Shown here in pieces: positions 28,347 to 38,920 of a stretch of DNA of 64,000 nucleotides (positions are counted from its first letter, which is position 1; the number at the start of each line of letters is the position of its first letter). The stretch is from Candidatus Aminicenantes bacterium (GTDB lineage Bacteria > Acidobacteriota > Aminicenantia > Aminicenantales > JAFGBC01): the NCBI GenBank assembly GCA_963702005.1, contig OY969696.1, forward strand, positions 2,720,001 to 2,784,000, in the 5' to 3' direction. The notes beneath the pieces are model-generated. The model saw nothing but the letters and a program-made list of their open reading frames with translations, searched no databases and was not told the DNA's origin. The position numbers and the translations under genes are program-made.

Positions 28347-29638
28347 GCGTAATTATCCAGGATGAGGCGGGCCAGGCCCGAGATCGAGAGGTCGTCCCCG
28401 TGGTCCCGGGCGGCCCAGAAAAAGGCGTCATCCCAAGTGTGCATGCCCTGGAGGTCGGTGGGAGTGAAGACATCCTTCTTTTTGGTCGAGCCCTTCAAGT
28501 CGAATCCGTACTCGGAAACGACCAGGAGGTCCGGCCCTTGGGGGGTCAGCGGGCCATTGTAAACGTCCTCGGCGGCGAAGACCCTGCGGACGACCTTGCG
28601 GCCTTGAAACTCGAGCCTTTCGAGCTTGGCCTTGACCTCGGCCCGAAGGGCCTTGGCCGACGAAGGAGCGACCGATCCTTTGGGGAATCTTCCTTTGAGG
28701 TTGAGGTAGATCCGGTTGGGGTCCAGGGCGAAAGCCCGGGATTCGGAGGCGAGGTCCTCGAGGCCCTTGGGCGCGGGATTCCCGTACTTGAGATACCCCT
28801 CCCGCTCGAGCCAGGAATTCAAATTGACCTCGCTGTCGAGGCGGGTGAAGCCATGGTCGGACAGGAGATACAGGACGGGCTCGCGCTCGTCCGGCTGCTT
28901 GAGGGCCGTCACGATCCGCTCGATGATCCGGTCGACCTGCCGATAGTAGTCGAGGAAGTTCGCATGGTAGGGATGGGCCGCGTTCTGGCCGGCGTTCCAA
29001 AGATAATGGTGGAGACGGTCCGTGCCGGTGACGACGAACTCGAAGTAATCCCAGTCGTCCCGCCAGAAGTAGTTGAGGGCCTTCTGGCGGCCGGCCATCG
29101 TCTTGGCCAGCTCCTGCCAGAGGAATTCGTGGTCCTCACGGGCCCGCATCGTGTCGATGTCGATCTGGTAGCCCATCTTTTCCAGGGCCAGCTTCTGGGC
29201 GGCCGGGTAGACGGCCTTGGCCAGGTCCAGGGCGACGAAGCCGGAGACGAGGACACCGCTCAGGGGGCGGGCAGGATAAGTGGACGGCTGGTTGATGACG
29301 ATGGATTTGCGGCCTTTGCGGCCGATGATATCCCAGATCGTCTCCGCTTTGACGTCATGAAAATTGGGGAAGCGGACCTCGTAGGAAGCCGGCTTGAAAT
29401 CGGTGAACCCGAAGATGCCGTGAGTCCCCGCGTTCGTCCCGGTCATGAAGTCCGTCCAGCTGACCGCCGAAATCTCGGGGAGGCTCGCCTTCATCCTGTG
29501 GAGGCAGCCCTCTTCGACGAGCTTGGCCATGGCCGGCATGATCCCCTTGGCGCAGAAATCGAGGAGCAGAGAATGGGGCACGCCGTCCAGCCCGATGACG
29601 CAGACCTTTCGATTTTTTTTCTTCTTGAATAGTGCCAT
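28343..29638 (-). CDS. AlkP-superfamily NPP-like phosphodiesterase, no export signal
   Basis: VIGLDG; PEISAVSWTDFMTG; LSDHGF; GMH. Confidence 0.85.
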   Translation of the reverse strand: MALFKKKKNRKVCVIGLDGVPHSLLLDFCAKGIMPAMAKLVEEGCLHRMKASLPEISAVSWTDFMTGTNAGTHGIFGFTDFKPASYEVRFPNFHDVKAETIWDIIGRKGRKSIVINQPSTYPARPLSGVLVSGFVALDLAKAVYPAAQKLALEKMGYQIDIDTMRAREDHEFLWQELAKTMAGRQKALNYFWRDDWDYFEFVVTGTDRLHHYLWNAGQNAAHPYHANFLDYYRQVDRIIERIVTALKQPDEREPVLYLLSDHGFTRLDSEVNLNSWLEREGYLKYGNPAPKGLEDLASESRAFALDPNRIYLNLKGRFPKGSVAPSSAKALRAEVKAKLERLEFQGRKVVRRVFAAEDVYNGPLTPQGPDLLVVSEYGFDLKGSTKKKDVFTPTDLQGMHTWDDAFFWAARDHGDDLSISGLARLILDNYA

Positions 29639-29650
29639 GACAAGCCTTTT

Positions 29651-29678
29651 ATTATAGCAATCGAACCGACAAAGTCAA
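29651..29678 (-). promoter_or_regulatory. Sigma70 promoter of the NPP operon (very short leader)
   Basis: TTGACT-N16-TATAAT with TG extension; -10 ends 12 nt before the ATG. Confidence 0.6.
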
Positions 29679-29946
29679 AGCGGAGGTCAATCTGACCGGA
29701 CTATCAAATAACATAGACCTTCCGAGGCTTGAGGGCGAGGGGGATGTTGGAGAAGCCCGCCGAGCGGGTCGGTAGAGAATAATGGGGAAGGGCGAGGGGA
29801 GGATGGTGAAGAAGGCCGTATGAGAGACCGAGCGGGCATGGATCCCGCTAGCGAAGCGAGGGCGGGAGAGCGAGGGCTCGAATCGAGTGAAGCTTTCCTC
29901 GCTGGGGAAAGCGAACGTGCCTTCGAACCATCCTCCCCGAGCCCTC

Positions 29947-31962
29947 TCAGCCCAGGTGCTCGGCGACGAGCTGGGCGATGTCCTTGACGGCGATATCCGT
30001 CCGTCCCTTGTCCTTGAGCCCGTCGACGAGCATGCTCTTGCAGAAGGGGCAGGCCGTGGCGACGGTCTTCGCGCCCGAGGCGAGGAGCTCGTCCGTCCTG
30101 AGATGATTGATCCGCTTGCCGAGCGATTCCTCGGTCCACATTAACCCGCCTCCGGCGCCGCAGCAGAATCCGTGCTCCTTGGAGCGGGCGGGCTCCTTGA
30201 GACCTTCCGGGGCCAGCCGGCCCAGGACGGAGCGCGGCTCGGACGTCATCCCGTTATGGCGGGCCAGATAGCAGGGATCGTGATAGGTTAAGTCCCCCAC
30301 ATCCGCGGGACCGACCGTCAAACGCCCCTCCTTGACCAGACGAGCGATGAGTTCGGTATGGTGGACGACCTCTATTCCTTCCAGGGCGGCCTTGTCCTCG
30401 TCCGAGAAGGCGGACAGGCGGTCGAGAAGCCGCGGATACTCGTGCTTGAGGATGTTAAAGCCGTGGGGACAGGCCGTGACGATCCGTCGGACTTTATGCC
30501 CCAGGAACAGGCTCAAGTTCTCGGCCGCCAGCTGCTGGAAAAGGTACTCATGGCCGAGGCGACGGGCCGAGTCGCCGCAGCATTTCTCGTCCGTCCCCAG
30601 GATGGCGAAATCGATACCGGCCTTCCGGAACAGCGCGGCCAAGGCGACGGACACCTTGCGGCCCTCCTCGTCGAACGACCCGGAGCACCCGACATAGAAA
30701 AGCCAGTCCGCGTCCGGCTTGTCCTTGAGAAGCGGGACGTTCAGGCCTTCGGCCCATTCCGCCCGCTTGGAAAATCCGATCCCCCAAGGGTTCGAGTTCG
30801 TCTCCATGTTCCGGAAGGTCTGGTTGAGCTCGGCCGGGAACTTGCTCTCCATCAGGACCCGGCTCTGGCGAAGCCCGACGATCTTGGCGATGTGCTCGAT
30901 CTCGACCGGACAGACATGCATGCAGGCTCCGCAGGTCGTGCAGGTCCAGACCTCGCCCTCTTCGAAGGTTTCGGGCATGAGCGTCGCGCAAAGGTCCCTC
31001 TTCTTGGCGACGAGCGCCTTCCGCTCTTTAAGAAGCCGGCGCTCCTGGTTGTAGAGGATCATCTTGGGGGAAAGCGGCTTCCCGCTGGCAAAGGCCGGAC
31101 AGACATCCTGGCAGCGGCCGCATTCCATGCAGGCGAAGGCGTCCAGGTTGTCCTTCCAGCTGAAATCGGGCGCCTTCTCGATCCCGAACCTCTCGGACGT
31201 CTCGAGGTCGAGGGGGGCGAGCTCTCCGCAGGGCCGCTCCGGCCGGAACAGGACGTTAAACGGGCCGGCCAGCATATGGAGGTACTTGGAATGAGGGACG
31301 TAGGATATGAACCCGAAGACAAGCAGGATGTGGAGCCACCAGGACAGCTTGAAATGCGAGGCGATCGCGGCGGCACTCGCGCCCGAAGCGGCGATCTTGC
31401 CGGCCAGGGCGCCGCCTAAAAAGGAGAGGCGGGCCGCCCCGGGCTGGTGGGCGATGGCGAAGGCCTCGAAATAGAGATAGCTCAGGGTGACCGCGATCAG
31501 GAAAAAGTAGATGAGGCCCGAGTCCAGCTTCGTCGTCTTATAGGCCTCGGGCCGGACGATGAAGCGCCGGACGATGAAAAACAAGGCCCCGACTAGGACG
31601 AGGACGGCCAAGACGTCGACGACGAGCGAAAACAGCAGCCCCAGGCCGCTTCGGCCGAAAAGATAGAATCCGTCGAAGAACCCTTCCAGGGTATGGTTGA
31701 CGGTCATCGTGTCGAAGGTCAGAGCTCCGTAGAAGATGAAGACATGCATGAACCCCGTGAAGCGGCGCTCGTTCTTCAGCGTGCATTTCTGAAGAAGGAC
31801 CTTGGCCAGGGCGGTTCGGACCCGGCGCCCGATCTCCCCGAAGCGGAGCGCGGGCTGCCCGGAGCGCACGATCCGGAAGCGGAGGAGGAGGGGCGCCAGG
31901 AAGGCCGCGGCCGTCGCGGCGATGCAAGCCGCGAAAACGATCTTTTCGATGGAGGACAGCAT
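29947..31962 (-). CDS. Membrane Fe-S oxidoreductase, FadF/HdrD-like (CCG domains)
   Basis: N-terminal TMs; CMECGRCQDVCP; CTTCGACMHVCP; CCG; HDPC; CCGAGGG. Confidence 0.9.
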   Translation of the reverse strand: MLSSIEKIVFAACIAATAAAFLAPLLLRFRIVRSGQPALRFGEIGRRVRTALAKVLLQKCTLKNERRFTGFMHVFIFYGALTFDTMTVNHTLEGFFDGFYLFGRSGLGLLFSLVVDVLAVLVLVGALFFIVRRFIVRPEAYKTTKLDSGLIYFFLIAVTLSYLYFEAFAIAHQPGAARLSFLGGALAGKIAASGASAAAIASHFKLSWWLHILLVFGFISYVPHSKYLHMLAGPFNVLFRPERPCGELAPLDLETSERFGIEKAPDFSWKDNLDAFACMECGRCQDVCPAFASGKPLSPKMILYNQERRLLKERKALVAKKRDLCATLMPETFEEGEVWTCTTCGACMHVCPVEIEHIAKIVGLRQSRVLMESKFPAELNQTFRNMETNSNPWGIGFSKRAEWAEGLNVPLLKDKPDADWLFYVGCSGSFDEEGRKVSVALAALFRKAGIDFAILGTDEKCCGDSARRLGHEYLFQQLAAENLSLFLGHKVRRIVTACPHGFNILKHEYPRLLDRLSAFSDEDKAALEGIEVVHHTELIARLVKEGRLTVGPADVGDLTYHDPCYLARHNGMTSEPRSVLGRLAPEGLKEPARSKEHGFCCGAGGGLMWTEESLGKRINHLRTDELLASGAKTVATACPFCKSMLVDGLKDKGRTDIAVKDIAQLVAEHLG

Positions 31963-31975
31963 GATGACTCCCTTA

Positions 31976-32800
31976 TTAAAAAGGAATGGCGATGCCCCAC
32001 AGGTACTTGTGGAATTTTTGTTTCAAGCCCAACGGGCTTTCCTCGCGATCCTGCCAGAGGCTTCCGCCGCAGGAGAGCTCGAGCCAGTCGGTGAGCCGAA
32101 CCCTGATGATGACGTCGAGCAGGAACGCCTGGCCGAGATAGAAGGCCTGTCCGGCCTGGGACACCAGCTGGATGTTGATGGTCGCCCGGTCCTGGAGCCA
32201 GGCGGCCATCCGGACGCCGATTTCCTGCTTGAGCTTGTCGCCGGAGAGGTCGAGGTGGGTCCGCTGGTTCGTGTGGTGGAAGAACCACAGGAAAGGCTCG
32301 ATGTAGAAGGACTCGAACTCGACCGGGAGGCCGAGGCCGATGTAGTTCCGGTTGGTGTAGAACGGCTTCCCCAGGCGATAGCTCGTGTGGTCCGAGTCGT
32401 GGTTGCTGTCGTGGCCGATGACGAGGACCAGGTTGTCGTAAACGGACTGGCGCAGCGAGAAATGCCAATCGTACTGGGTCCGGTTGTGCCCGTCGTCGTG
32501 GGTCACCAGTTGAGCCAGGAAGCGCGTCCGGGGCGTGAAGTAGATGACGTTCCGGAACCCATAGCTCCAGCGATCGACCAAGCCGCTCAGGTCGTTGTAG
32601 CTGGGGAAGGTCGAGGGGGCTTGGAGATGGCCGAACAGCTCCCCGCGGATGATGATCGTTTTGCGGCTCGATAACAGAGCCCGGTCCGGCTCGGGGCGGT
32701 AGATGAAGAGCTCGTACCCGAACAGGGCCGGCCCCAGGAAGAGCAGGGTCCCGAAGAGGAAAGCCGGTCGGAAGGCTCGGACGGCGCTTTTAATATTCAT
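31976..32800 (-). CDS. Putative outer-membrane beta-barrel protein
   Basis: Signal peptide; amphipathic strands; C-terminal WGIAIPF. Confidence 0.6.
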   Translation of the reverse strand: MNIKSAVRAFRPAFLFGTLLFLGPALFGYELFIYRPEPDRALLSSRKTIIIRGELFGHLQAPSTFPSYNDLSGLVDRWSYGFRNVIYFTPRTRFLAQLVTHDDGHNRTQYDWHFSLRQSVYDNLVLVIGHDSNHDSDHTSYRLGKPFYTNRNYIGLGLPVEFESFYIEPFLWFFHHTNQRTHLDLSGDKLKQEIGVRMAAWLQDRATINIQLVSQAGQAFYLGQAFLLDVIIRVRLTDWLELSCGGSLWQDREESPLGLKQKFHKYLWGIAIPF

Positions 32801-35594
32801 AGGCCAACCCCAAACGGAAGATGCGCGGCGACTCGATCTCGGTGGCGAAGCGGAGCGGCCAGTCGGGCCCCGTCCACGGGATTTCGCCCGTCGCCAGATG
32901 CTGGTTGAAGACGTTGAAGGCGTCCAGGATGAGGCGCAGACGCGAGGCGCCCCAGGCGAAAACCTTCTCGATCCTGACGTCCCAGGTCATGTTGAACTCA
33001 TAGCGGGCGACGCCCCGCGGGTGGGCCATGATCGCGAACGGGCCCTGATTGAACCCTTCGACGATGATCCAGCGGGCGAAGGGCTGGCCGTCGTAGTACT
33101 TGCCCAGGATGGCGATCCTCGTCCCGGCCGGGCCATTGAGGGCCAGGCCGGTCCGGACGACATAGGCCCGGTCGAAACGGACCCGGCCCTTGGCGTTGAT
33201 GAGGTTATTCGGGTTTTCGAAGAGCGATCCGGGAATCCCGTCGTCGTTCTCCCACTCGCTGTTCCCGGGGCTGGTGGTGCCGATCGCTTCGGTGGCCGTG
33301 GCCGCCAGGAAGAAGCCGCCGCGCTCGCCGAAGGGCTTGACGATCGTCAGGTCGAGGCCCCGGTAGCGCGTGACGGGATTGATCGGCTCGCTCGGGTTCG
33401 TCAGCAGGAAAGAATCTTGGCCGAGCGTTTCGGGCCGCTGATTATAGACGGTGAAGGTCAGGTCGTCGTACGTCCCGGGAACCGTGTCGTCTCCGGCCTC
33501 AGAGATTACGACCCGGTCGTAAGCCGAGAAGGGGACCCCGACGTTGACCGATTCGATGAGGTTGTGCGTCTCGCGATAGAAGCCGGCCAGCCCGAGTTGC
33601 CAGCCCCGGCCCAAATCTTGATGAAAGGAAACGGCGTAGGCGTCCGTAAACGGCCGCTTGAGCCCCGGGTCGATCGATCCGAAGGCGGGGCCCTCCCGGC
33701 GCAGAAGGCGGCCCCGCTCGCCCTCCTGGAATTGGCGGTCGCCGTTCTCATCGTTCCAGGCATAGGCCAGGGCGCCCAGCGCGCCCGGATGGCCATAGGT
33801 TAAATAGGAGAGAGGCATCCCGTAATAATAGCGGCCCACCTCGGCCCGCAACGTCGACGCCCCCGCCCCCCAGAGAGGGATGGTGAGGCTCAGGCGGGGA
33901 GAGAGATTCGTCCAGCGAATCCGGTTCTGATCGGACACCCCGATCGATCCCGAGGAGCGAGGGCGCCCGAAGCACGACGAGAAATTCAGCCCGGCCGACA
34001 CCGAAAGAAAACCGGCGAGCTTCGTCCGTTCTTGGACGGCGGCGGTCAGGATAAGCCCGCTTTCCCGGTGGCTGAACGAGGGGCTGTTGAAATCGACGAC
34101 TTCGAGGGCTCCGCCCTTATAAAAGCGGAGGTGCCGCGCTCCCAACACTTTTTCGGTGCTGTCGTTCGCGATCGAGCGGAGCTCGAGGCTGTAATCGAGA
34201 CGGTTGAGATTCTTGGTCTTGGCCGAGAGGAGAGACGTCCCGCGCGCGAACAGGACGAGCGAGCTTCGGACGGACTCGGAGGCCTCTTCGGCCGGGCCGC
34301 TCGGGATATTCCTAAGGATTTCGACCGTATAGTATCCCGATGCCCCGTCCTGAAACCCGTTGACGATGCGGCCGCGGTTAAAGGAGACTCCGGCGCTCAG
34401 GGCATGGCGGTCTCCCAGCCGGCCCTCCCAGACGGCTTGGGCCAAATCATAGGCACGACGCTGGTCCAAGGTCGTCGAGAAGGGAATGTTCCGGCCGGCG
34501 CCGAAGGAAGGCTCCTGGATGTTCTGTCCGGTCCAGAGCAGCTTGAACCGGCCGCCCGGGGCTTGATAGGTGAGCTGGACGAGTCCGGAGGCCAGATAAG
34601 ACCGGTCGGCCTTTTCGCTGTCCGCCAGGTCGCGGGCGAGGTTGAACGAAGTCCAGGATGTGAACAGATACAACTTGTCCTTGACGACCGGGCCCGAGAG
34701 CCGGAAGTTGCCTTCGAGGCCGAAGTCGAGGCTGCTCGCCGCGCTGATCCCTTCCTTGCGAAGCGCGGGAGTAATATTATTGGATCGAAGCAGGCGGTCG
34801 GTGCCGTAGGCGGACAGGGCTCCGTGGAATTCGCTCCCGCCTTCCATCGTCTCGAGGTCCAGGACGCCGCCCGGCGAAGAGATCCAGAGCGGCGGAGTGG
34901 AATTGACGAGGCTCAGGGAGTTCAACCCGAACAGGTCGGGCCAGAGGAGGGGCATCCCGGTCTGGTAGGGGTCGGTCACGTCGACTCCGTTGAGCGTATA
35001 GACCGTCTGCGTCCAGGATCCTCCCCCCCGTGCGCTGAACAGGCCGGGCCGGGTCGCCCACATTCCGCCGACGTCGATCCGGTTCATCGTCGCCGAGTAG
35101 TCCTGGTTCTCGATCGTCGTCCAGACGTCATTACCGGAGGGGAGCCGATCCATCTGGTCCCGGCCGATGAACGTTTGCCGGGAAGAGATCGGGTCTTCGG
35201 GAGTCAGACGTCTCACCGTTATCCCTCCGTCCGCCTTCTTCCCGGAAACGGTGATATCAAGGATATAGGACTGGGGCATCGGGAAGGATATTTCTTTTTC
35301 GGCGGGAAGGCCTTGAAGCGTCGCTCCCTCGACGATGAGGCTGTAGCGTCCGACCGGGAATCCGACGGCTCTGAAGTATCCGTCCTCATCCGTCGTTAAA
35401 GCTGACCGGAAGCTGCCTTCCTTGGCGCTCAGAAGGACGCCGAGGCTCCGGCCCGGGGCGCCGGCCCCGTCCTTCACGCGCCCCCAGATCGATACCGCGT
35501 CATCGGCCCCGGCCGAGGCACAGAGTGAAAGGACGGCCGCGAGGGCCGCCCAGACGCGCGGGTGTTTGCGAATCGATGGTCTCTGAGTATCCAT
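32790..35594 (-). CDS. TonB-dependent receptor-like outer-membrane protein
   Basis: Carboxypeptidase-regulatory-like N domain, plug-like region, DAFNVFN, C-terminal RLGLAYEY; start uncertain (35594 or 35633). Confidence 0.78.
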   Translation of the reverse strand: MDTQRPSIRKHPRVWAALAAVLSLCASAGADDAVSIWGRVKDGAGAPGRSLGVLLSAKEGSFRSALTTDEDGYFRAVGFPVGRYSLIVEGATLQGLPAEKEISFPMPQSYILDITVSGKKADGGITVRRLTPEDPISSRQTFIGRDQMDRLPSGNDVWTTIENQDYSATMNRIDVGGMWATRPGLFSARGGGSWTQTVYTLNGVDVTDPYQTGMPLLWPDLFGLNSLSLVNSTPPLWISSPGGVLDLETMEGGSEFHGALSAYGTDRLLRSNNITPALRKEGISAASSLDFGLEGNFRLSGPVVKDKLYLFTSWTSFNLARDLADSEKADRSYLASGLVQLTYQAPGGRFKLLWTGQNIQEPSFGAGRNIPFSTTLDQRRAYDLAQAVWEGRLGDRHALSAGVSFNRGRIVNGFQDGASGYYTVEILRNIPSGPAEEASESVRSSLVLFARGTSLLSAKTKNLNRLDYSLELRSIANDSTEKVLGARHLRFYKGGALEVVDFNSPSFSHRESGLILTAAVQERTKLAGFLSVSAGLNFSSCFGRPRSSGSIGVSDQNRIRWTNLSPRLSLTIPLWGAGASTLRAEVGRYYYGMPLSYLTYGHPGALGALAYAWNDENGDRQFQEGERGRLLRREGPAFGSIDPGLKRPFTDAYAVSFHQDLGRGWQLGLAGFYRETHNLIESVNVGVPFSAYDRVVISEAGDDTVPGTYDDLTFTVYNQRPETLGQDSFLLTNPSEPINPVTRYRGLDLTIVKPFGERGGFFLAATATEAIGTTSPGNSEWENDDGIPGSLFENPNNLINAKGRVRFDRAYVVRTGLALNGPAGTRIAILGKYYDGQPFARWIIVEGFNQGPFAIMAHPRGVARYEFNMTWDVRIEKVFAWGASRLRLILDAFNVFNQHLATGEIPWTGPDWPLRFATEIESPRIFRLGLAYEY

Positions 35595-35668
35595 GTGCCG
35601 TATAATCTTTATCATTTTGCCCGGCACTGTCAAGATGTTATAATCTTCGCACCCTCAAGGAGACGGCC

Positions 35669-37073
35669 ATGGCGGAACGGTACGAAATCATTATCATCGG
35701 CGCGGGGCCGGGGGGGTATGTCGCCGCCCTCCGCGCCGCCCAGCTCAAGAAAAAAACCCTCCTCATCGAAGAGGACAAGGTCGGCGGGACCTGCATGAAT
35801 TGGGGCTGCATCCCGACCAAGCATTTGCTGCACCTGACCAAGATTTTCGAGGACGTCCGGGCCGCCCGCCATCTCGACGGCCCCCGCGACCAAATCGGCT
35901 GCGACTGGGCCAGGGTCCAGGAGGAGCGGGCCAAGGTCGTTGACAAACTTGTCAAGGGAACTGAGTTCTTGCTTAACAAGAACGGCGTAACGGTCATCAA
36001 GGGCCGGGCCGCGCTGCGCGGACCTGACAAGGTCGCGGTCGCCGCGGCCCAAGGCGAACGGGAATACGAATCCGGCAGGATCGTCCTGGCCACGGGGAGC
36101 CGTTCGGCAGACCTCCCTTTTCTCAAGCCGGACGGCATCAGGGTCATCACGAGCCGCGAGGCGCTCGAGCTGGCGGCCGTCCCTAAAAGTATGATCGTTA
36201 TCGGGGCCGGCGCCATCGGCCTCGAGCTGGCTTCCGTCTACCGTCGAATGGGAACCGACGTCCTCGTCCTCGAGATCCTGCCCGCGATCCTGCCCGGCTC
36301 GGACCGCGAGATCGCCCTGCGCCTGGAGCGGATCCTGACCAAACAGGGCATTAAAATCCAGACCCAGATGAGGATCGAAGAAAGCCGCGTTGAGGAGGAG
36401 GGGGTCGTCCTCAAAGGGATCTGCAGCAAAGGGGGGACGCCGTTCGAATTCGGAGCCGAGAAGGTTCTCGTCGCGGCGGGCCGGAAGCCCAACTCCGAAT
36501 GCCTCTGCTCGGGCCCGCCCCGTCTCGCGCTCACCCGGCAGGGATTCGTCGAAGTCAACGCTAAGCTCGAAACGAATATCCCCGGCGTCTACGCGGTCGG
36601 CGACCTCATCGGCGGCAAGCTCCTGGCCCACAAAGCCTCCCAGGAGGGAATCCTGGCCGTCGAAAATGCCTTCGGCGCCTCCAGGGATATGCGCTACGAC
36701 GCCCTGCCCATGGCCGTCTTCACCGATCCCGAGTTGGCCTCGGTCGGGCTGACCGAGGAGGAAGCCCGAGAGCGCGGCCTGGATGTCCAGGTCGGCAAAT
36801 ACCCGTTTCATGCCAGCGGCCGCGCCCTGACGCTCGAAAGCAGCGAGGGCATGGTGAAAATCCTGGCCGGGAAGGACGACCGTATCATTGGCGCCCACAT
36901 ACTCGCCCCCTACGCCAGCGAGATCATCCCCGAGCTAGACCCTGGCCATCCATAAGGGCTTGGCCCTTCAGGACATCTCGTCGGCGATCGCCATCCATCC
37001 GACGCTTTCGGAAGGCGTTGTGGAAGCCGCCCTCAAGGCTAAGAACGCAGCTTACCACATCCTGAATATCTAG
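35669..37073 (+). pseudogene. lpdA: Dihydrolipoyl dehydrogenase with a +1 frameshift near 36937 (or a sequencing error)
   Basis: GAGPGGY, GGTCMNWGCIP; catalytic HPTLSE and the true C-terminus lie in another frame ending TAG 37071-37073. Confidence 0.85.
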
Positions 37074-37107
37074 GAAGTCGGAAAGCCCCCGCCGTTCTCA
37101 GTCGTTC

Positions 37108-38763
37108 TCAGTGGACGTAGCCCAGAGCCTTGAGCATCTCTTCCGTCTTGCGGTCGATCTTGAATATCTCCTTGGAGTTGAGGATATTCCGGGCGAAATC
37201 GTCGATCGTCTGTTTGAGGCCGGCAACCTCCTTGATCCCCTTTTTATCCTCAAAGACGTTCGCCTGCTCTTCGGGATCCTTAATGAGGTCGAAAAGCTCA
37301 TAGCGCTTTTCTTCGGGCGTCAGGATGAGGTGCCAGGGCCCCTTCTGAATTCCGAACCGGTCTCGGATCGCCTCGGGCCGAAAAGTTTCCTCCATGACGG
37401 CAAAGTTCTTATTGTCCTTGAGACGGAGGAGGTTGCGGCCCTGGTAGGGCGGGAGGTTATTGAAGCGCATGACGTTGGTGATGGTCGGCGCCACGTCGAG
37501 CAAAGTCGTCCAAGGGCTTTTGCGGACGCCCCTTTTTGAGATCGACGGGCTGTAAAGGATGAGCGGGACCTTGAGATAATTGTTGTACAGAAAATGGATG
37601 TGGCCGAAATGGCGTATACCCTGGTTCGTCATGTGCTCGCCCAGACCCTCGCCGTGATCGCCGACGGCGAGGATCCCGGACTTCTCATAGAGTCCAAGGG
37701 CCTTGAGTTTGTCGAGCAGCTTCCCTATCTGGCCGTCCATGTATTCGACTTCGCGCCCGTAGCGGTTCCGGTTGGCGGCTTGGGTCAGGTTAAGCCGGCC
37801 TCGGAAGACGAGCTGGCGGACCGCCGGCCGGCCGTGGTTTACGATGTCGACGGTGGCTCCGCTCCTGGTGATGAAGAAGATATTGTCGCTCCGGCGCAGA
37901 TACCAACCCCGGGAAAAATCCGAGGTGATCGTTTTCTGGTCGAGCGTGGGCGAGAAATCGACCGCGTCGAGCCGGGCCGGATAGCCATACTGGGTCCCGG
38001 CTTCGGAGTTGAAGATATCGAAGCGGAGTTGACTCTTGCCGGAAGGGATCAGGACCGGGACGCTGTAAAGCGAATATTTGTCCAGGCAGTATTCGCCCAG
38101 AAGCTGATCGTTGAGGTAGAGCTTCAGGTCGGGCGGCAGGTCCGGCGGCGCGTAGGGGTCGTGGGGATCCGAGTAGTGAACCCAGAGAAAAAATTTCTCA
38201 TTCTTGTGGGCTTCGAGCCACGGAAAAACGCGGGCGTTGACCTCCTCGGCCGTCAGGTACCAGCGCTCAGCCGGAAATTTGTCGTCGTAGACGTCGAAAC
38301 CGTCGTCCAGGGCGTACCCAGCCTGCAGGACTCCCAGAGAGATGAAGGCGGCCGTTGCGTACCCCCGCTTTTTGAACAGCCGAGCGAGGGAGAGCTTATC
38401 CCTCTCTTGGCGGAATTTCTGGAACACCTGGCCGTTGTTGTAGTACTTGAGGTCGTGGGGGAACTGAGAATAAAAGATGGACGCATGGGAGGCCGCCGTG
38501 ATCGGAATGTGCGAGAAGCAATTCTCGAACAGGATGCCCTGCCGAGCGAGGCCATCGAGGTTGGGGGTTTTGACTTTGCTGGCTCCATAGGAGCTGAGGT
38601 AGTCGGCCCGTTGGGTGTCGAGAGTGATGAGGATGAAATTGTCGGGAGGCGGGGGCTGTTTGCAGCCGGCCGTCATCAGGACGCCGAATAGAACGGCGCA
38701 CAGCCCGGCGACGAAGGCGGACGTCCGCCGCCGAAAAGAATGCTTCAAAGTCTTCTCCGTCAT
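37108..38763 (-). CDS. Sulfatase-like AlkP-superfamily lipoprotein
   Basis: TAGC lipobox; ITLDTQRAD; WVHYSDPHDPY; GDHGE; C-terminal MLKALGY. Confidence 0.82.
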   Translation of the reverse strand: MTEKTLKHSFRRRTSAFVAGLCAVLFGVLMTAGCKQPPPPDNFILITLDTQRADYLSSYGASKVKTPNLDGLARQGILFENCFSHIPITAASHASIFYSQFPHDLKYYNNGQVFQKFRQERDKLSLARLFKKRGYATAAFISLGVLQAGYALDDGFDVYDDKFPAERWYLTAEEVNARVFPWLEAHKNEKFFLWVHYSDPHDPYAPPDLPPDLKLYLNDQLLGEYCLDKYSLYSVPVLIPSGKSQLRFDIFNSEAGTQYGYPARLDAVDFSPTLDQKTITSDFSRGWYLRRSDNIFFITRSGATVDIVNHGRPAVRQLVFRGRLNLTQAANRNRYGREVEYMDGQIGKLLDKLKALGLYEKSGILAVGDHGEGLGEHMTNQGIRHFGHIHFLYNNYLKVPLILYSPSISKRGVRKSPWTTLLDVAPTITNVMRFNNLPPYQGRNLLRLKDNKNFAVMEETFRPEAIRDRFGIQKGPWHLILTPEEKRYELFDLIKDPEEQANVFEDKKGIKEVAGLKQTIDDFARNILNSKEIFKIDRKTEEMLKALGYVH

Positions 38764-38920
38764 GATCTTGATCCTCGCCGGAAACCGGGAGGGACAGCGC
38801 TCTCCCGTCCCGGCACGCAAAAAGGATTTCTATTATCGTGAAATGCGCCGAAAAAGTCAAAATGTTGAAACGGCCCGGTCAATCGGTTACAATCTGGAGC
38901 ACGGAGAAAATCGCCCGACC

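Noticed and set aside
21601-35399. Long opposite-strand ORFs (e.g. 21601-23193, 23833-25176, 26274-28181, 34032-35399)
   Set aside because: Shadow ORFs of well-supported genes in high-GC DNA, with no motifs.
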